Part shown: positions 13,300 through 25,764 of the stretch, in pieces
How positions within the stretch are numbered: the first letter of the stretch is position 1
Layout of the letters: each line of letters starts with the position of its first letter
NCBI RefSeq assembly: GCF_001194135.2
Contig: NC_068985.1
Coordinates: 107,368,549 to 107,432,548, forward strand
DNA length: 64,000 bases
From: Octopus bimaculoides
Lineage: Eukaryota
Direction: 5' to 3'
Program-made: the position numbers and the translations under genes
Notes under the pieces: generated by a model
Databases searched by the model: none
What the model saw: the letters and a program-made list of their open reading frames with translations, nothing else
What the model was told of the DNA's origin: nothing

Positions 13300-16200
13300 T
13301 GTATATAGATATATATATATACTAGTACAACCAGTATAGAAGAGGTTATCATGTTCTCAATAAGACCAAAATGTTCTCTATATTCTACACTGTCATAATT
13401 CATTTGTCAACCACTTTACAGAATGTAATCTTGGTAACAGCTTGGCAAGACTAAAGGAACCTCTTTAACCTACTAGGTCTCCGTTCTTTCATTCACTTGG
13501 ACTTAGTGGTCTCAAAAAAGTGTGATGGAAGAGTAACTAAAAGAGTAATGGAATAGAACAAGAAAATGAATGAAGAGAATGCCAGGAGAGAGTGATAGAA
13601 GATAGAGTATTTGAAGTGAGAGTGTGATGGACAACATTAAAAGGGGATGTTAATAATGAGAGTAATGACACAGAAGAGTGATGGCTAACAATAAAGAGTG
13701 ATGATAAACTGGGAAATGAATACAAACATGGGTGGTGTGATGTTGGGTGGGAAGAATAGCACATGGAGATGCAAATGTGAACATACATAATAGTCAGGAG
13801 AGAACCAAATGTTACATACACACCAATATTCATCACCACCACTACCACCATCTTCCCATACTTGCATAGATTGGACAGGTCCTCTCCAGCACAACACTTT
13901 TCCACAAGTCACAATTCCTTGTCATTTCATCAGCCTTCACCACTTAGTCCCATGTCTTTCTTGATCTCCCCCCTCAAAAGGTTCCACCCACTTGGAGCAA
14001 GTGACATGTTCACTCCAGTGTTATCTTTTCTAGCACATAACTTCCAATTACTTTTATGCCCTATCGATTCATTTGTGCCATTGTTCATGCTTTCCTGCAT
14101 TCTTAGTTCATGTCTTGTTAACATGCAACGTTGCACTTTGTACCATCTCAGAGAGAAACTCTTTGTTGCCAGCAAATGTAATAATCCCCTGAACTTTTCC
14201 CCATCACATTTGTATTTCTGGCTGCAATACTTTCAGAACACACACCACCACTACTACTAATTGAGTTACCTAGGCAATAAAAGCTATCAACTACAACTAG
14301 GCAGGACCTTCCAAATATTTATAAAATCATGCATATCTTACTACTACTCTATGTCTGCCATATATACAGCCTACCTTTCCCTGATAATGTGTCCATGATC
14401 CCTTGTGCACCTTTAGTTATACTGGGCATATCATATAGATGTGATCCCTTGGAAATTCATATGGACTCCTTTTCTGTACAGTGAGCACAGCCACTCTATC
14501 CATCTTTAAAAAATGAAGACCTATTTTATAATAATAATTACAAAACATAACATTGAATAGATACACTCATCACAATAAAGAAAATGTGATAAAAACTTAA
14601 CGGTAGAAGTGACAGGTTAATAAATCCCTATTGTGAACATTACAACAGTGGAGTAGAAGTAAACTAGAAACTATTTTAAATGTGGTTTTTACAAGACAAT
14701 TTAAATACAAAAATAAGTTTAAAATTTTTTTTATTTAATTACAGTAAAATAAAGATTTCATACATTAGCAAAATTCTTCACAAATTTCAAAAGGGTACAA
14801 CTGAGGAAACTGACTAGCACTTTATGTAAATGACATCTGCCACGTAAGTAGTGTTCTACTGGTTGCTTTATAATAACATAGCAGTGCACTACTATTTATA
14901 TTACAATCATCATCATCATCATTATCGTTTCACAGCCGTTTTCTACGCTGGCATGTGTTGCATGGTTTAGCAAGACCCAGTGAGCTGCATCAAGCTCCAG
15001 TGTTAGATCTTGGGAAAGGAGCATAATAATTAAGCTTGATCCCAATACTTGACTTATCAATCCCAAATAATCATCATAATTCTCTCAACTAAACAGACAG
15101 CATGGTGATGCTTATACTTTCCCAAAGTGAAATAACTTTCAAACAGAAATCAAAAGGTTCCTTTCCCCAAAACTTAAGCTCTTCCTCTTCTGAATGCAGG
15201 ATGTAAAGGGATGCAACTAAATACCAGAGGTATTTTGCTACTCGCAGATCTTATACTGCTACCACTAACCATTATCACAAAGTGGTGACCCCTAATATTT
15301 TATTCTCTCTTAAACAATTTCCCCTACAAAGAAGGTTAATCAAAATATCCACAAAAATGGATAAAGACGCAGGTATGGCTATGTGATAGGAAGTTAGCTT
15401 CCCAACCACAAGTGCCTTCTACTATAGCTTCAGGTTGACCAAAAATCCTTGAGTGGAATTAGTGGACAGAAACCGATAGAAACCCATTATGTGTGTTGCG
15501 TGTGTGGTTTGTTTACATCTCCGTAACCTAGTTCAGCAAAAGAAAAAAAAAAAAGAAAAAAAACTAGTACCAGACTTAAAAAAGAAAAAGGTAAGGAGAT
15601 CGATTTGTTCGAATAGGCCAATGACTGAAACAAGTAAAAAAAAAAAACTGGAAAAAAAAGACAAGTTTTAAGTGGAACTGATTTTCTTTTACCAATATAC
15701 GACTGGTATTAGAAAGAATATTAACGCCAAAATAATTCGTTTCATTTGTTTGTGTAAGCAGAATGATGATTTCAAGGCAAACGAAAACGTACTCATTTCA
15801 ATTTGATACTTTGTTTTATCGATTTCTATTCGCGAAACTGCTAAGTTACGGAGCAGGAAAAGATGTTATTAGACACCTGTACACATGCACACACAAGGGC
15901 TTCGTCAAAATTTCTGTCAACTGGATTCCACGTCTAAGGTGAAGTCACTTGCCCAGTACTGCGCAGTGACATCGAACAAAGTGCTAGCGAACTTTTCAAC
16001 TATACAAACAGGCTTATCCATGACGAAAATAAATGAAATTTTAAAAGAATAAACTGGGCATAATGTTTATTATCTCAGTTTATCACCACATAAATTGAGA
16101 CAATAAGCGAGGTGAGATTATAATCGTTAAATAAACAGATGTGATTAGAGTGGACAAAATATTGAGAAAAACAGCTTTATTGTTTGGAATTTCTAAATTG

Positions 16201-16418
16201 CTATTTAGACCTCTACTCAATCTTCCAAGGCGCAGTCTTCAGTCCCTTTTAAAATTTTAGACGTGACTATAAACGAAAGCTGAATGTGTTTAAAAAAACC
16301 AACAAAAAATAAAAGACATGAATGGTTAGGTAGTAAGTAGCAGCTGAAGGGAAGAAACCAGCTGACATTTTGGTTGTGGTGGTGGTGATTGAGAGCTGTA
16401 CACGTGGGCCAACTTGCT

Positions 16419-16465
<47 letters not shown>

Positions 16466-16895
16466 NNNNNNNNNNNNNNNNNNNNNNNNNNNNNNNNNNN
16501 NNNNNNNNNNNNNNNNNNNNNNNNNNNNNNNNNNNNNNNNNNNNNNNNNNNNNNNNNNNNNNNNNNNNNNNNNNNNNNNNNNNNNNNNNNNNNNNNNNNN
16601 NNNNNNNNNNNNNNNNNNNNNNNNNNNNNNNNNNNNNNNNNNNNNNNNNNNNNNNNNNNNNNNNNNNNNNNNNNNNNNNNNNNNNNNNNNNNNNNNNNNN
16701 NNNNNNNNNNNNNNNNNNNNNNNNNNNNNNNNNNNNNNNNNNNNNNNNNNNNNNNNNNNNNNNNNNNNNNNNNNNNNNNNNNNNNNNNNNNNNNNNNNNN
16801 NNNNNNNNNNNNNNNNNNNNNNNNNNNNNNNNNNNNNNNNNNNNNNNNNNNNNNNNNNNNNNNNNNNNNNNNNNNNNNNNNNNNNNACACGCATG

Positions 16896-16933
<38 letters not shown>

Positions 16934-17690
16934 CACGCACACACACACATTTGAGAGCCCCGTACCATGCACGAAATTTGACTCATTTTTATAACTTCAG
17001 CCCATTAAATTTTTTTTAAATGTACATATGTATTTCTCTCTCTTCCCGTCCCTATATATATATATATGTATATGTGAAACTACTTTACAAGACAAGGAAG
17101 AGTCAGTGAAAGAGCGCCAACGTGGTCGCTCAATTGTCTAGAAATAGCAGCTAAATCTTCCGCGAATCACACCATACTGCCTTGGAAAAGGTGAAAAATA
17201 AAGTATGAAAGTACTGGTTAATGCTAACAGATACACTGGATAAAAAATCTGATTGGAAATCCTTTTATGACAATAAGCCTACTCGATCAGGACTGACCTA
17301 GAACCTAATTTCACTCACATTGGAGGGAAAGCATGGGTATCACAACATTCCATGCCTTTCACCTAAAATACAAGATCTTTGTGACGTATGAAAAAGAAGA
17401 CTAATATTAGATTTCTAAATTCAAATCCTGCCAAAAGTTGTTCGTCCTTCAGATCTTTAAAGGTACCCAGGTTAAGAATAAATGTCAGTTATATATTGCA
17501 TTTTCCTTATCAACTTAGCCGCTTCCCTTTATACTGTAGTTAGAAATTATTGCTGGAACGCCCAACAAAAAAATGCCTTACGATATTCTAGTTACATGCT
17601 TTTGCACTGCTAGTTCGTATCTCGCTAAGGTCGACTTTGCTTTCCTTCTTTATTGTGTCCATAGGGCCCAATCAAACCGATTATGGGTCC

Positions 17691-18051
17691 AGATGGACTA
17701 TATGTAATCTGAACCTTTCCCCCCTTATTATTTTTTTTTTTTGCGGAATCCCACGTTTTAGGCTATGGAGATTCCGATTCTGAAATTTTTTTTTCAAAAA
17801 TCTCAATTTCAAAATTTCGACCCCACCCCCACCCCCATTTTTATATAGATCCACAGGGTAAACCTAACCCTAACACTAGTTTTGTGAGATTTGGCTGTTA
17901 TTTCTAGCATGTAAATAGCCTGCTTGGTGGCGGGAGGGAATTGAAACAATTTTTTTTCAGAATCGGAATCTCCATAGCCTAAAACGTGGGATTCCGTAAA
18001 TAAAATTAATAAATAAGGGGGAGAAAGGTTCAGATTACATATAGCCCGTCT
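17691..18051. mobile_element. MITE with ~100-bp terminal inverted repeats
   Basis: agatggactatatgtaatctgaacc...ggagattccgattctgaa is mirrored at the right end. Internal AACCTAACCCTAAC. Confidence 0.8.
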
Positions 18052-19593
18052 CCGCCCGATTATGTCCTACTCACTGCACATGTGGTTTTGTGCTTCTTTC
18101 GAGATCACTATTATTAGCAATGTAGTGCTACTGAAAACTGGGTGTTTTGCCATATTTCTTGACGATAACATCTGTTAAATCTTACACGGCTTTAACTGCT
18201 TGGTAGGCATTTGGGCTGATGCAACAGTCTGAGATGTCAACTACCTCCACCACCATCTGGGAGAGGAAGGCTCGATCAACCAGAATGGTAAAATTAAGAA
18301 AACTATGCGCATGTTAATAGGGGTGGGTGGGGGTAACAGAGATAAAGGGGTGGAACAATGAAAATACACTCAGTTAATGAAGGGCACTAACTAAGAGAGA
18401 TGCACTATTAGGGAGGAACAGAGGAATTCAGTTAACCAACAATGTAGACTTCAGTTAAATGACAACTTGAGATGCATCGCCAATATTCTTAGACTATTAA
18501 GTGTGCGTGTTTATACACACACGTAGATTTTTTTTTTCATCAAAGGCAACGGACGCACAGTCTTATTATCTAAAATTTTTGTTCTTTAGTACTTTCATTA
18601 GCGAAGAAAACAAGAAATTATTAGAAAATGATCATCTTCCATCGCGAAAGTAGAGGGCAGTAGACAGCCGGTTAAGACACTATAACGTGGTGGTTTCCAA
18701 ATTAGCAAAAACCTTCCCCAAAAACAATATTAAAGAAAGAATTTTCCCTCGTATTATTCTTCCTTCGTCAGTGTTGGACAAGTTTTAAAATTATCTTAAT
18801 TTTACTTCACATGGCAATTTGTCCGCCGCCGCCTCAACCCTCACAGGCCACCCACCTATGAAACAAACAACTGTTAAAGCCATCCAGTGATGACGTTTCC
18901 ATTAATTCCAACAGGATCTTCGCAAATAATTTTGCGTCTAAATAAGACCCGCTTTTGATGGATTTTAACAAGTATTTAAGTTAAAAGATGTTAATATTGG
19001 ATAACTATTTTCAATAAATAATTAAATAACACTCAATTTTCACCCAGAAAACCTTTTTTATCTTTTTCTCATTGAAATACCTTCTCTATTACGATGAACC
19101 CAGTATACAGTACTTCAAGCATTTCTAGTAACCTGCCGGTAATCTAAAATTTATTTCATTCTATAGTTAGTCCGAAACTTGGTTTCATATACTCCTTTCA
19201 TCAATACACCTGTCTATTTATATAGCAGAGGATAAAATACAAGGTTTTATTTTTGTACCTGTTTCTAAGAAAGGGGGGGGGGGTAGCAGTATTAACGAAA
19301 AGCGCCAATATGTCCTCTTTTAAAATCGAAAGGCATAAATCAAGGAAATTTGGACCGCTTGTCCCATTAAATCGAGCGACAGCGTAGGTGGTGGAAGACT
19401 TAATCCAGTTGTGATCAGATAACGAAATCAGAATGTCCTTATACGTTCGTGTTGGCTGCTCTTTTATAACATGCCCCGAAAAAACATTATTATAAAGACA
19501 GAAGCATGAAACAAGAGAGAGGTATACCAATAAGTTAACTGCGACAGTAATCAGAAGAGAGTCCATCACTACATGTTGGGAGATTGTTTATAA

Positions 19594-19738
19594 CAGTCAT
19601 GGGCAAAATGCGGCCCGCGGGACTTTCTGAATAGCACGACTAACAAAAAAATTACTTTGAATTATTTTAGTGTGGATCGCTTGATGATGAGCCATGTCTC
19701 ATGCAGCCCACTTCTCGAAAAAGGTTGCCCATGCCTTG
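19594..19738. mobile_element. Short hAT-like MITE (related copy at ~8731-8874)
   Basis: CAGTCATGGGCAA...TTGCCCATGCCT termini with a GCGGCCCGCGGG subterminal motif. TSD not preserved. Confidence 0.6.
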
Positions 19739-20932
19739 ACCAGGTGGGGTCTAAGCACGAGGTGCCTTTAATATAGACCACGCGTGTCAACGAGTTTGTC
19801 AATCGCCCAGCTTGGTCAGCGCGCACGTCGAAACTCTCTCTTCAATAAACTCCCTATCGCTTCTCAAATAGAGACACATGGTTTAAATTATCGGAAATCG
19901 TGGCCCCATACAGTAAAAGGGACTGACCAATAAAGAACAGAATACTTATACGTTTTATTTTATTTTTTTAACTGTAAGGGTGATTTCAGAAATAAAGAAT
20001 ACGTAAGGTTGCATAAAGAACTCCGCCAGAAATTGTAGCCGATTTGACATAGATATAATTTCTTTTATTAGATGATAATAATTTACCTTTATACCTTGAG
20101 TCTACCTAAACAAAGCTGAGTGGGGTCACCCAAACATTACGTTGGTTTTCAGTTATGGATCACCTTCTACGGCATTAGATAATCACGTCTTACATAAGTC
20201 GGGGGTGGGCATACGTACATCCGTTACACGAAACAGCAATTGTTTGGCCCCAGGCCGCCCTTATCGAGTAGACTCTATGATCATACCGTTACAGAGAGAC
20301 CAACTTTTTTTTTTGTTAGTATATCAGGGGATAAATTTGAGAATGGATCGATAGGGTGCGATTTAAGGAAGATTTAGTTAATATTTCTAGCAAGCCGAAT
20401 GAATGCACACAGGCTCCCGCGTTGGCTCGTACATAAAATGTATTAAGCACACAGTAAATAGATTAACATACACCAAATATATTACCACCTGATAAATGGC
20501 TAAGAACCATGTATTAAATTATAATTTTATTTGTTTATTTACAGTAAGAAATGTAGCCGAGATAATGTGTATCTAATGACTAATTACTACCTCTTAGCGA
20601 CTAATATGGCATGGGATTTAAAATATATCAATGGTAACTTATCAAAAAAAATAAGAAGAAATAGTGAAGACAAACGGTATCGGTAGAAGTAACGGAATAG
20701 AATATGAAAAGAAATTCAGGCGAGAGAGAGAGGTGAGTGTGTGGATCATGTGAAATCCCGCCACATTTGTAATAATCAAAGCCGGCCATGCGACGGCAAC
20801 TGGTGTCAATAGCCGACATAGGCGGACACAAAGACAGGGAACGATTTTACACGTCAAGAATTACTCAAACTGGTCACCCATTTTTGGGCCACAAAATGCT
20901 CACGCCTGCAAAAATTGCGAAAGAAAACTTAC

Positions 20933-20954
20933 TTTTTCTTTTTCCCTTGGGCAT
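20933..20954 (-). CDS. IFRD1: IFRD-family (interferon-related developmental regulator) coding exon 1: MPKGKRK plus 1 nt
   Basis: Minus strand reads ATG CCC AAG GGA AAA AGA AAA A|gtaagt, a strong donor in phase 1. It joins in frame to the exon at 506-631. MPK plus a basic stretch is the typical IFRD N-terminus. IFRD1 vs IFRD2 orthology is not resolvable here. Confidence 0.8.
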
Positions 20955-21082
20955 TATTCTCCTATATGTTGTGTCCTTCTATAGCTAAAAGATCTTACTA
21001 ATTGGTCAGACGTGCGTATATGGAAGTCAGATTCATATAAGTAATAGAATTTGTTGATTTTGTTGGTGAGGAACATACACAT
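20954..21082 (-). CDS. Upstream ORF (42 aa, MCMFLTNKINKFYYLYESDFHIRTSDQLVRSFSYRRTQHIGE) in the IFRD 5' leader; its stop overlaps the main ATG (TAATG)
   Basis: Manual translation gives 129 nt open from ATG at 21082 to TAA at 20956-20954, sharing nt 20954 with the IFRD ATG. An in-frame stop lies 18 nt upstream of the uORF ATG. Confidence 0.7.
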   Translation of the reverse strand: MCMFLTNKINKFYYLYESDFHIRTSDQLVRSFSYRRTQHIGE

Positions 21083-21179
21083 GGTTCGTACAATGTATTA
21101 GCTGTAGCTATACAGTACTGACAAGGTCAAGCGAGCAGCATCATGGGTAATTTCACTGCGGCTACATTAATTTAACTAA

Positions 21180-21436
21180 CATTATATGCTCTTATATTTT
21201 ATAAACAGACTCCAAAAAAGAAAATTTATAAAGAATTTGCTGCGAAATACAGATGAAATAGTAGCGATAATTTCTTAAAAGAAAAAGAAGAACGTTACGG
21301 AAACTTTTCCGGTTGTTTCCGTAGTTTACACGTGAGACTGAGAAAAAGTTGAAGTGAAAGTTTCCAGCTAAGTGAAAGTTATTCGACTTGACGCGATCTA
21401 TTAAAAATTCTGACGAAATAGTTTAGTTGCAGTACA
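21180..21436. promoter_or_regulatory. Putative bidirectional promoter between IFRD (-) and the 419-aa ORF (+)
   Basis: Short head-to-head interval with locally raised CpG. Contains TTCCGG (ETS-like), CACGTG (E-box, 21329-21334) and two AAGTGAAA motifs. No TSS data. Confidence 0.5.
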
Positions 21437-22696
21437 ATGTATCATCGTCCGGGAGATCGTTTTAACTTCGTCCATCCTAGTAGCGCTGAGAACAACAACA
21501 ATAATAATACCAACCAGGTCCGAAGATATCCCACAAACAATAAAAACATCAATTATTGGCGTCCACCTTCTACCAACAGTAGAATTAACAGTCCATATAT
21601 ACATTCATGGAATGGAAAAAATATAGGATTTGGATACCCTTCATTTTCACATTCGATGCATTATGGTTTTCAAACTTCGAATAACCAAAAACTAATTAAT
21701 ATATTGCCGCCTAGTGTTCCAGTACATCATACATCCCTCAATAACTCTGGTTATTTTAGAGTTCCGTTGCGCAAACCGTTCAACAACTACCAAAAAACCA
21801 AACCCGGTGTTAAAATTTCTGCTAAAAATAAAGCGAAACTTTTAAAGAGATCGAAGATGCAGCGCCTGAAAGCAGCCAAAAAACGCACGACAAACGCACA
21901 ATCTTCCAAACAACAAAATAAATTTAAACATAATCCTCCAAGGAAAAGGGCTGCTAGAAAAGCAAGATGGAAAAAAATCGATTTGAAATCTAAAACTCGA
22001 AATGCATCCCATGAATCCACTCCTCAGGAAAAGCCGAACTTAACCAACCCTACGTCAAGTACAGCATTGGTAAGTGCTTGGTTAACGAACAACTTTGAAA
22101 CACCTTTTTCATCCAGACTGAGTAATCGTTCTTTCAGTTTAGAGACTATAGATAATTCTACAGATGCAGTGGTACCTTTGTATGCAGCCGGTTGCCCCTC
22201 AGACTTAAGGAATGTCGAACACGGTGCGACGAGTTTTACTCTTCCTGATAATATATCAATGTGGTCAGGAATGGAATCTTGTAGCTTAGTCGAAAGCCAG
22301 GAATTGCAACATTCCAAGCCAGCAAACTTCGGTAAACTTCTGACCACAGAAAGTCTTTTACAACTAGAGAAAGAAGAGTTAGTTGCTTTAGTACTCAGTC
22401 TTCAGAAACAAGTTCTCTCCGACAACAACCGAACTTGCAGAGTTGCAAATACTTCCGCCGTCCACTCCAGTTTGCCAGACAATGAAAGGTCCGATGTACA
22501 TCCCAGTAACCCTATGGAATCTAATCCTAGTTCCTATCCGAATCAGAGCTGTAGCAGAATGTCCGTGAAAGCCGACCCAGAGTTACTAAATTCAAATTGT
22601 GCTGACATTTCATCACCAGGCGACATGATGCCAACGATGACCGAAACAACGACAGATGTGTCTGGAATTAAACAGGAAACAAAACCTCTCTGTTGA
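21437..22696 (+). CDS. Intronless 419-aa ORF: Asn/Tyr/His-rich N-terminus, Lys/Arg-rich basic region (aa ~120-188), short coiled coil (aa ~303-332); possibly a divergent HEXIM-like protein
   Basis: A 1260-nt open frame in AT-rich DNA where non-genic ORFs are usually under 130 aa. No recognisable TE motifs. Divergent from IFRD across ~350-480 bp. Confidence 0.75.
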   Translation: MYHRPGDRFNFVHPSSAENNNNNNTNQVRRYPTNNKNINYWRPPSTNSRINSPYIHSWNGKNIGFGYPSFSHSMHYGFQTSNNQKLINILPPSVPVHHTSLNNSGYFRVPLRKPFNNYQKTKPGVKISAKNKAKLLKRSKMQRLKAAKKRTTNAQSSKQQNKFKHNPPRKRAARKARWKKIDLKSKTRNASHESTPQEKPNLTNPTSSTALVSAWLTNNFETPFSSRLSNRSFSLETIDNSTDAVVPLYAAGCPSDLRNVEHGATSFTLPDNISMWSGMESCSLVESQELQHSKPANFGKLLTTESLLQLEKEELVALVLSLQKQVLSDNNRTCRVANTSAVHSSLPDNERSDVHPSNPMESNPSSYPNQSCSRMSVKADPELLNSNCADISSPGDMMPTMTETTTDVSGIKQETKPLC

Positions 22697-22925
22697 AAAC
22701 AAAACCTGTGGAATTAATGTAAATCTGACAGCTTTTATACCTCATTAATTCTTTAAATATTTGAACGTTTTTCTTTTATTTTTGTAATTATAATTAATCA
22801 TTTCAAGTTTTTTATCTTTGTTTTAAAACATGTATTTTTGTAGTCTACCAGTCAGCAACAAGTACTTGCCCTCTCTTGGGTTGATTTATCATATATTCAA
22901 TTTTTGTTTTACTTACACACACACA

Positions 22926-22957
<32 letters not shown>

Positions 22958-22968
22958 NNNNNNNNNNN

Positions 22969-23001
<33 letters not shown>

Positions 23002-25764
23002 CGGATTTAGTATGTAAGATTCTTTCACTTTCGTATCCACTTACAAAGGTGTATATGATTACATACATACATATAAATATAACGGCCAGACTTCCTTTTG
23101 TACCCCCATCTGGACAAAAGGAAGTCTTTCCAAATATACATATACACACTCACTTACAATATGTGTTGTACATATTCAAGAATATGCATTCATTCTTATG
23201 CAGTGGTTTTTTTTTTTTTAATTTTAGAAGTGGTAAAACCCAGAGGTTATTCAGCACCCACATCTGACTGGAGTGGGAGAGATTTGTATATAGTTAATGT
23301 GACCTGATAAATGACACAGGTATACAAGAACAGTATTGTTTATACACACACACATCTATTCATATACATACACTGCACATATGTAAGGTCGTGTGTCGCA
23401 CTTAGGAAGGACCCCATACATAATTAGACAAGACCCGTATACATTTCTGTACCTTTTACTTGTGAAGTTAAGTGTGTGTGTGTATATATATATATATTGA
23501 TGATGGATTCTCTGTCCGTCTCAACTATATGCATTCTGTTGTTCAACCAACTGAATTCCTCAATGAGAAATTAAAGTGTATATGACTGAATATTCCGCAG
23601 ACACATGTAACCATTATGTAATTCTCTGGTGAAATCCGCATGGCAAAATATGACATGGTTGCACCTCTGAATTATTGGTACAATCTAGGGACAACAGAGA
23701 TAGAAAAAGAAAAATCGCCCCAAGTACTGGTATTTTGTTTATTGACCCAGAAAGGAAGAAAAGTAAAGTTGACCTCGACGGGATTCGAACTCCGAACGCA
23801 GAGGGCCGGAATAACTATCTCATGGTATTTTTTCCAACCAGTTTGCTTCAATATCTTCTTTGGTAGTAAAGCCTTCATTCATCAATGTTCTCCAATCATT
23901 GGTTCACTATTAAACTCTCCCTTTCTCTTTTCTTCTAATGGTATTACATTTCTGTTACTTTTGAATTTTCTATCTACCATCTCTTCTCCTTCATAAACAT
24001 ACAAGCATAACCTTAGGTTCCATAATTAACACTTACTTATCCCTCCTCATATTAGCAATGTGACCACTATATATCTCTTGTGAAACTACCTGCTCAAATG
24101 TCAAGAATCCAAATCCATCACTTGTCTTTTGGATTATATACTGAATTTTATGTGGCTTCAGTTCGACAAGCTGTCTGTATCAAACCAATAGACTAGCACA
24201 TTCTATTTATTTTTCCACTTGGTTTATTAGCCAAGGAACATTCCTTGAAAGCCTTACATGGTTTTGGAAAACATTTGCATATTTCTTTTAATCCTTCTCA
24301 ATTATTTCATCTTGCTGGCTCTCACATACGAACCACTCCTATGTGGGATTGACATAATCAACTGTTCTTCCCTGCATACACACCAAAAATTGTAATTTTG
24401 TGCCCTTGTTGCATCTCTTCACTCAAGAGTTTGCATTCTACAGAGATTAACTTAGCTCTTTATTGTCCAGGGTTGATAAAATAAGATTCTATCAATGAAA
24501 TTGATAGCATTCGCCTCCAAACTTTGTAACCTTAGAAATTTTAATTTTTTAGATTTATTTTGTTTATTTTTTGTATCGTTAGAAACAGAGGGAGCTAGAT
24601 GGTAGGGATCTACAATGAAAGAAAAGGAATGGTCTCTTTAATAGGCTTCCATACAGTTTCTATTCACCTAATTTTTTTATATGGTTATGGTAAAAGGTGC
24701 TTGCTTAGATTGCCATGCAGTGGGATTGAAACTAGTATCCTTTTGCTGCCAAATGAACATCATGCAATGGTTGACTTAGTAGACATCACCCATTTGCAGT
24801 GTCTTTATATTTCCAGCTTTAAATGAATAAATAACCTTTTTAAATAGACTTAATGGTACTCAAATTTCTGGAGAGAATTTAATAACAAAAGACCTAGTTT
24901 TTAGTGATGTGAAATTGCTAAAACAAGGTACCTGTTACAGCTGTATTAGTTTTTACTCTCTTTTTACTTCTGTAATCTAATAATAAAGTTTTCAAAACTG
25001 AATAACTTTTATGTACCATGAGAAGAAAAAAAATTTTAACATTTCAATTAGAGTTCTTAATCCTTATTTCTTTTCTCCAAATAAGGGCAAAAATCACATA
25101 AACATATTTATTAAACTGATCTTTGCCACTACAGATCACTGCTAGTTTCCTTAGGCCAAAAAAAAAAAAGGAACCTTAGAAATAGCAACCAAAATTCTCT
25201 CAAATTACACCTACTGTCTTAGAAAGAAAAAAAAATTACATGATGTAGTACTGGATACACTAGCCCCCCCCCCCCTAAGAAAGAAAATGTGAATAATCAG
25301 GGATGGCTTTCCTTTGATCATAGATCTAGTCAATCAATGGAGATGGATCTGAGGCTAAGCAATAGTATCAACATTGTCAATCATTGGTTTCCTCAGACTC
25401 TGGCATTGAAGTTTTATAACAGTTACACCAAATGTTAAACTTCCATATGGTCCATCTGCAACAAGTTTTGTAAGGACCAAATGCTTCATATCTGTTATAT
25501 GCTTTTAATAAATGTTGTGAGGAATGGGGGTACTACAGAACAAGAAATAGTCTCTCATCAATGTAAGCTGTAGAGGGAGGTCTTAAAAATCTGATTGATG
25601 CCTTTTTTTTTTTTATTGTACTTGTCTTTTGTTGTTGCAACTTCCCAATTTTATTTATCCCTTTGAAAACAATGATATATATATATTTTAATAAAATATT
25701 CTGTTTTGTAAAATACTAATTGTTGGTCTTGTTTTCTTGGTTAGTTTTAATCAATGTTCTTTTA

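Noticed and set aside
13537-14260. ORFs in strand-biased purine/pyrimidine-rich DNA (also 52177-52805 and 23880-24450)
   Set aside because: Compositional ORFs, probably very old LINE remnants; no diagnostic motif I can support.
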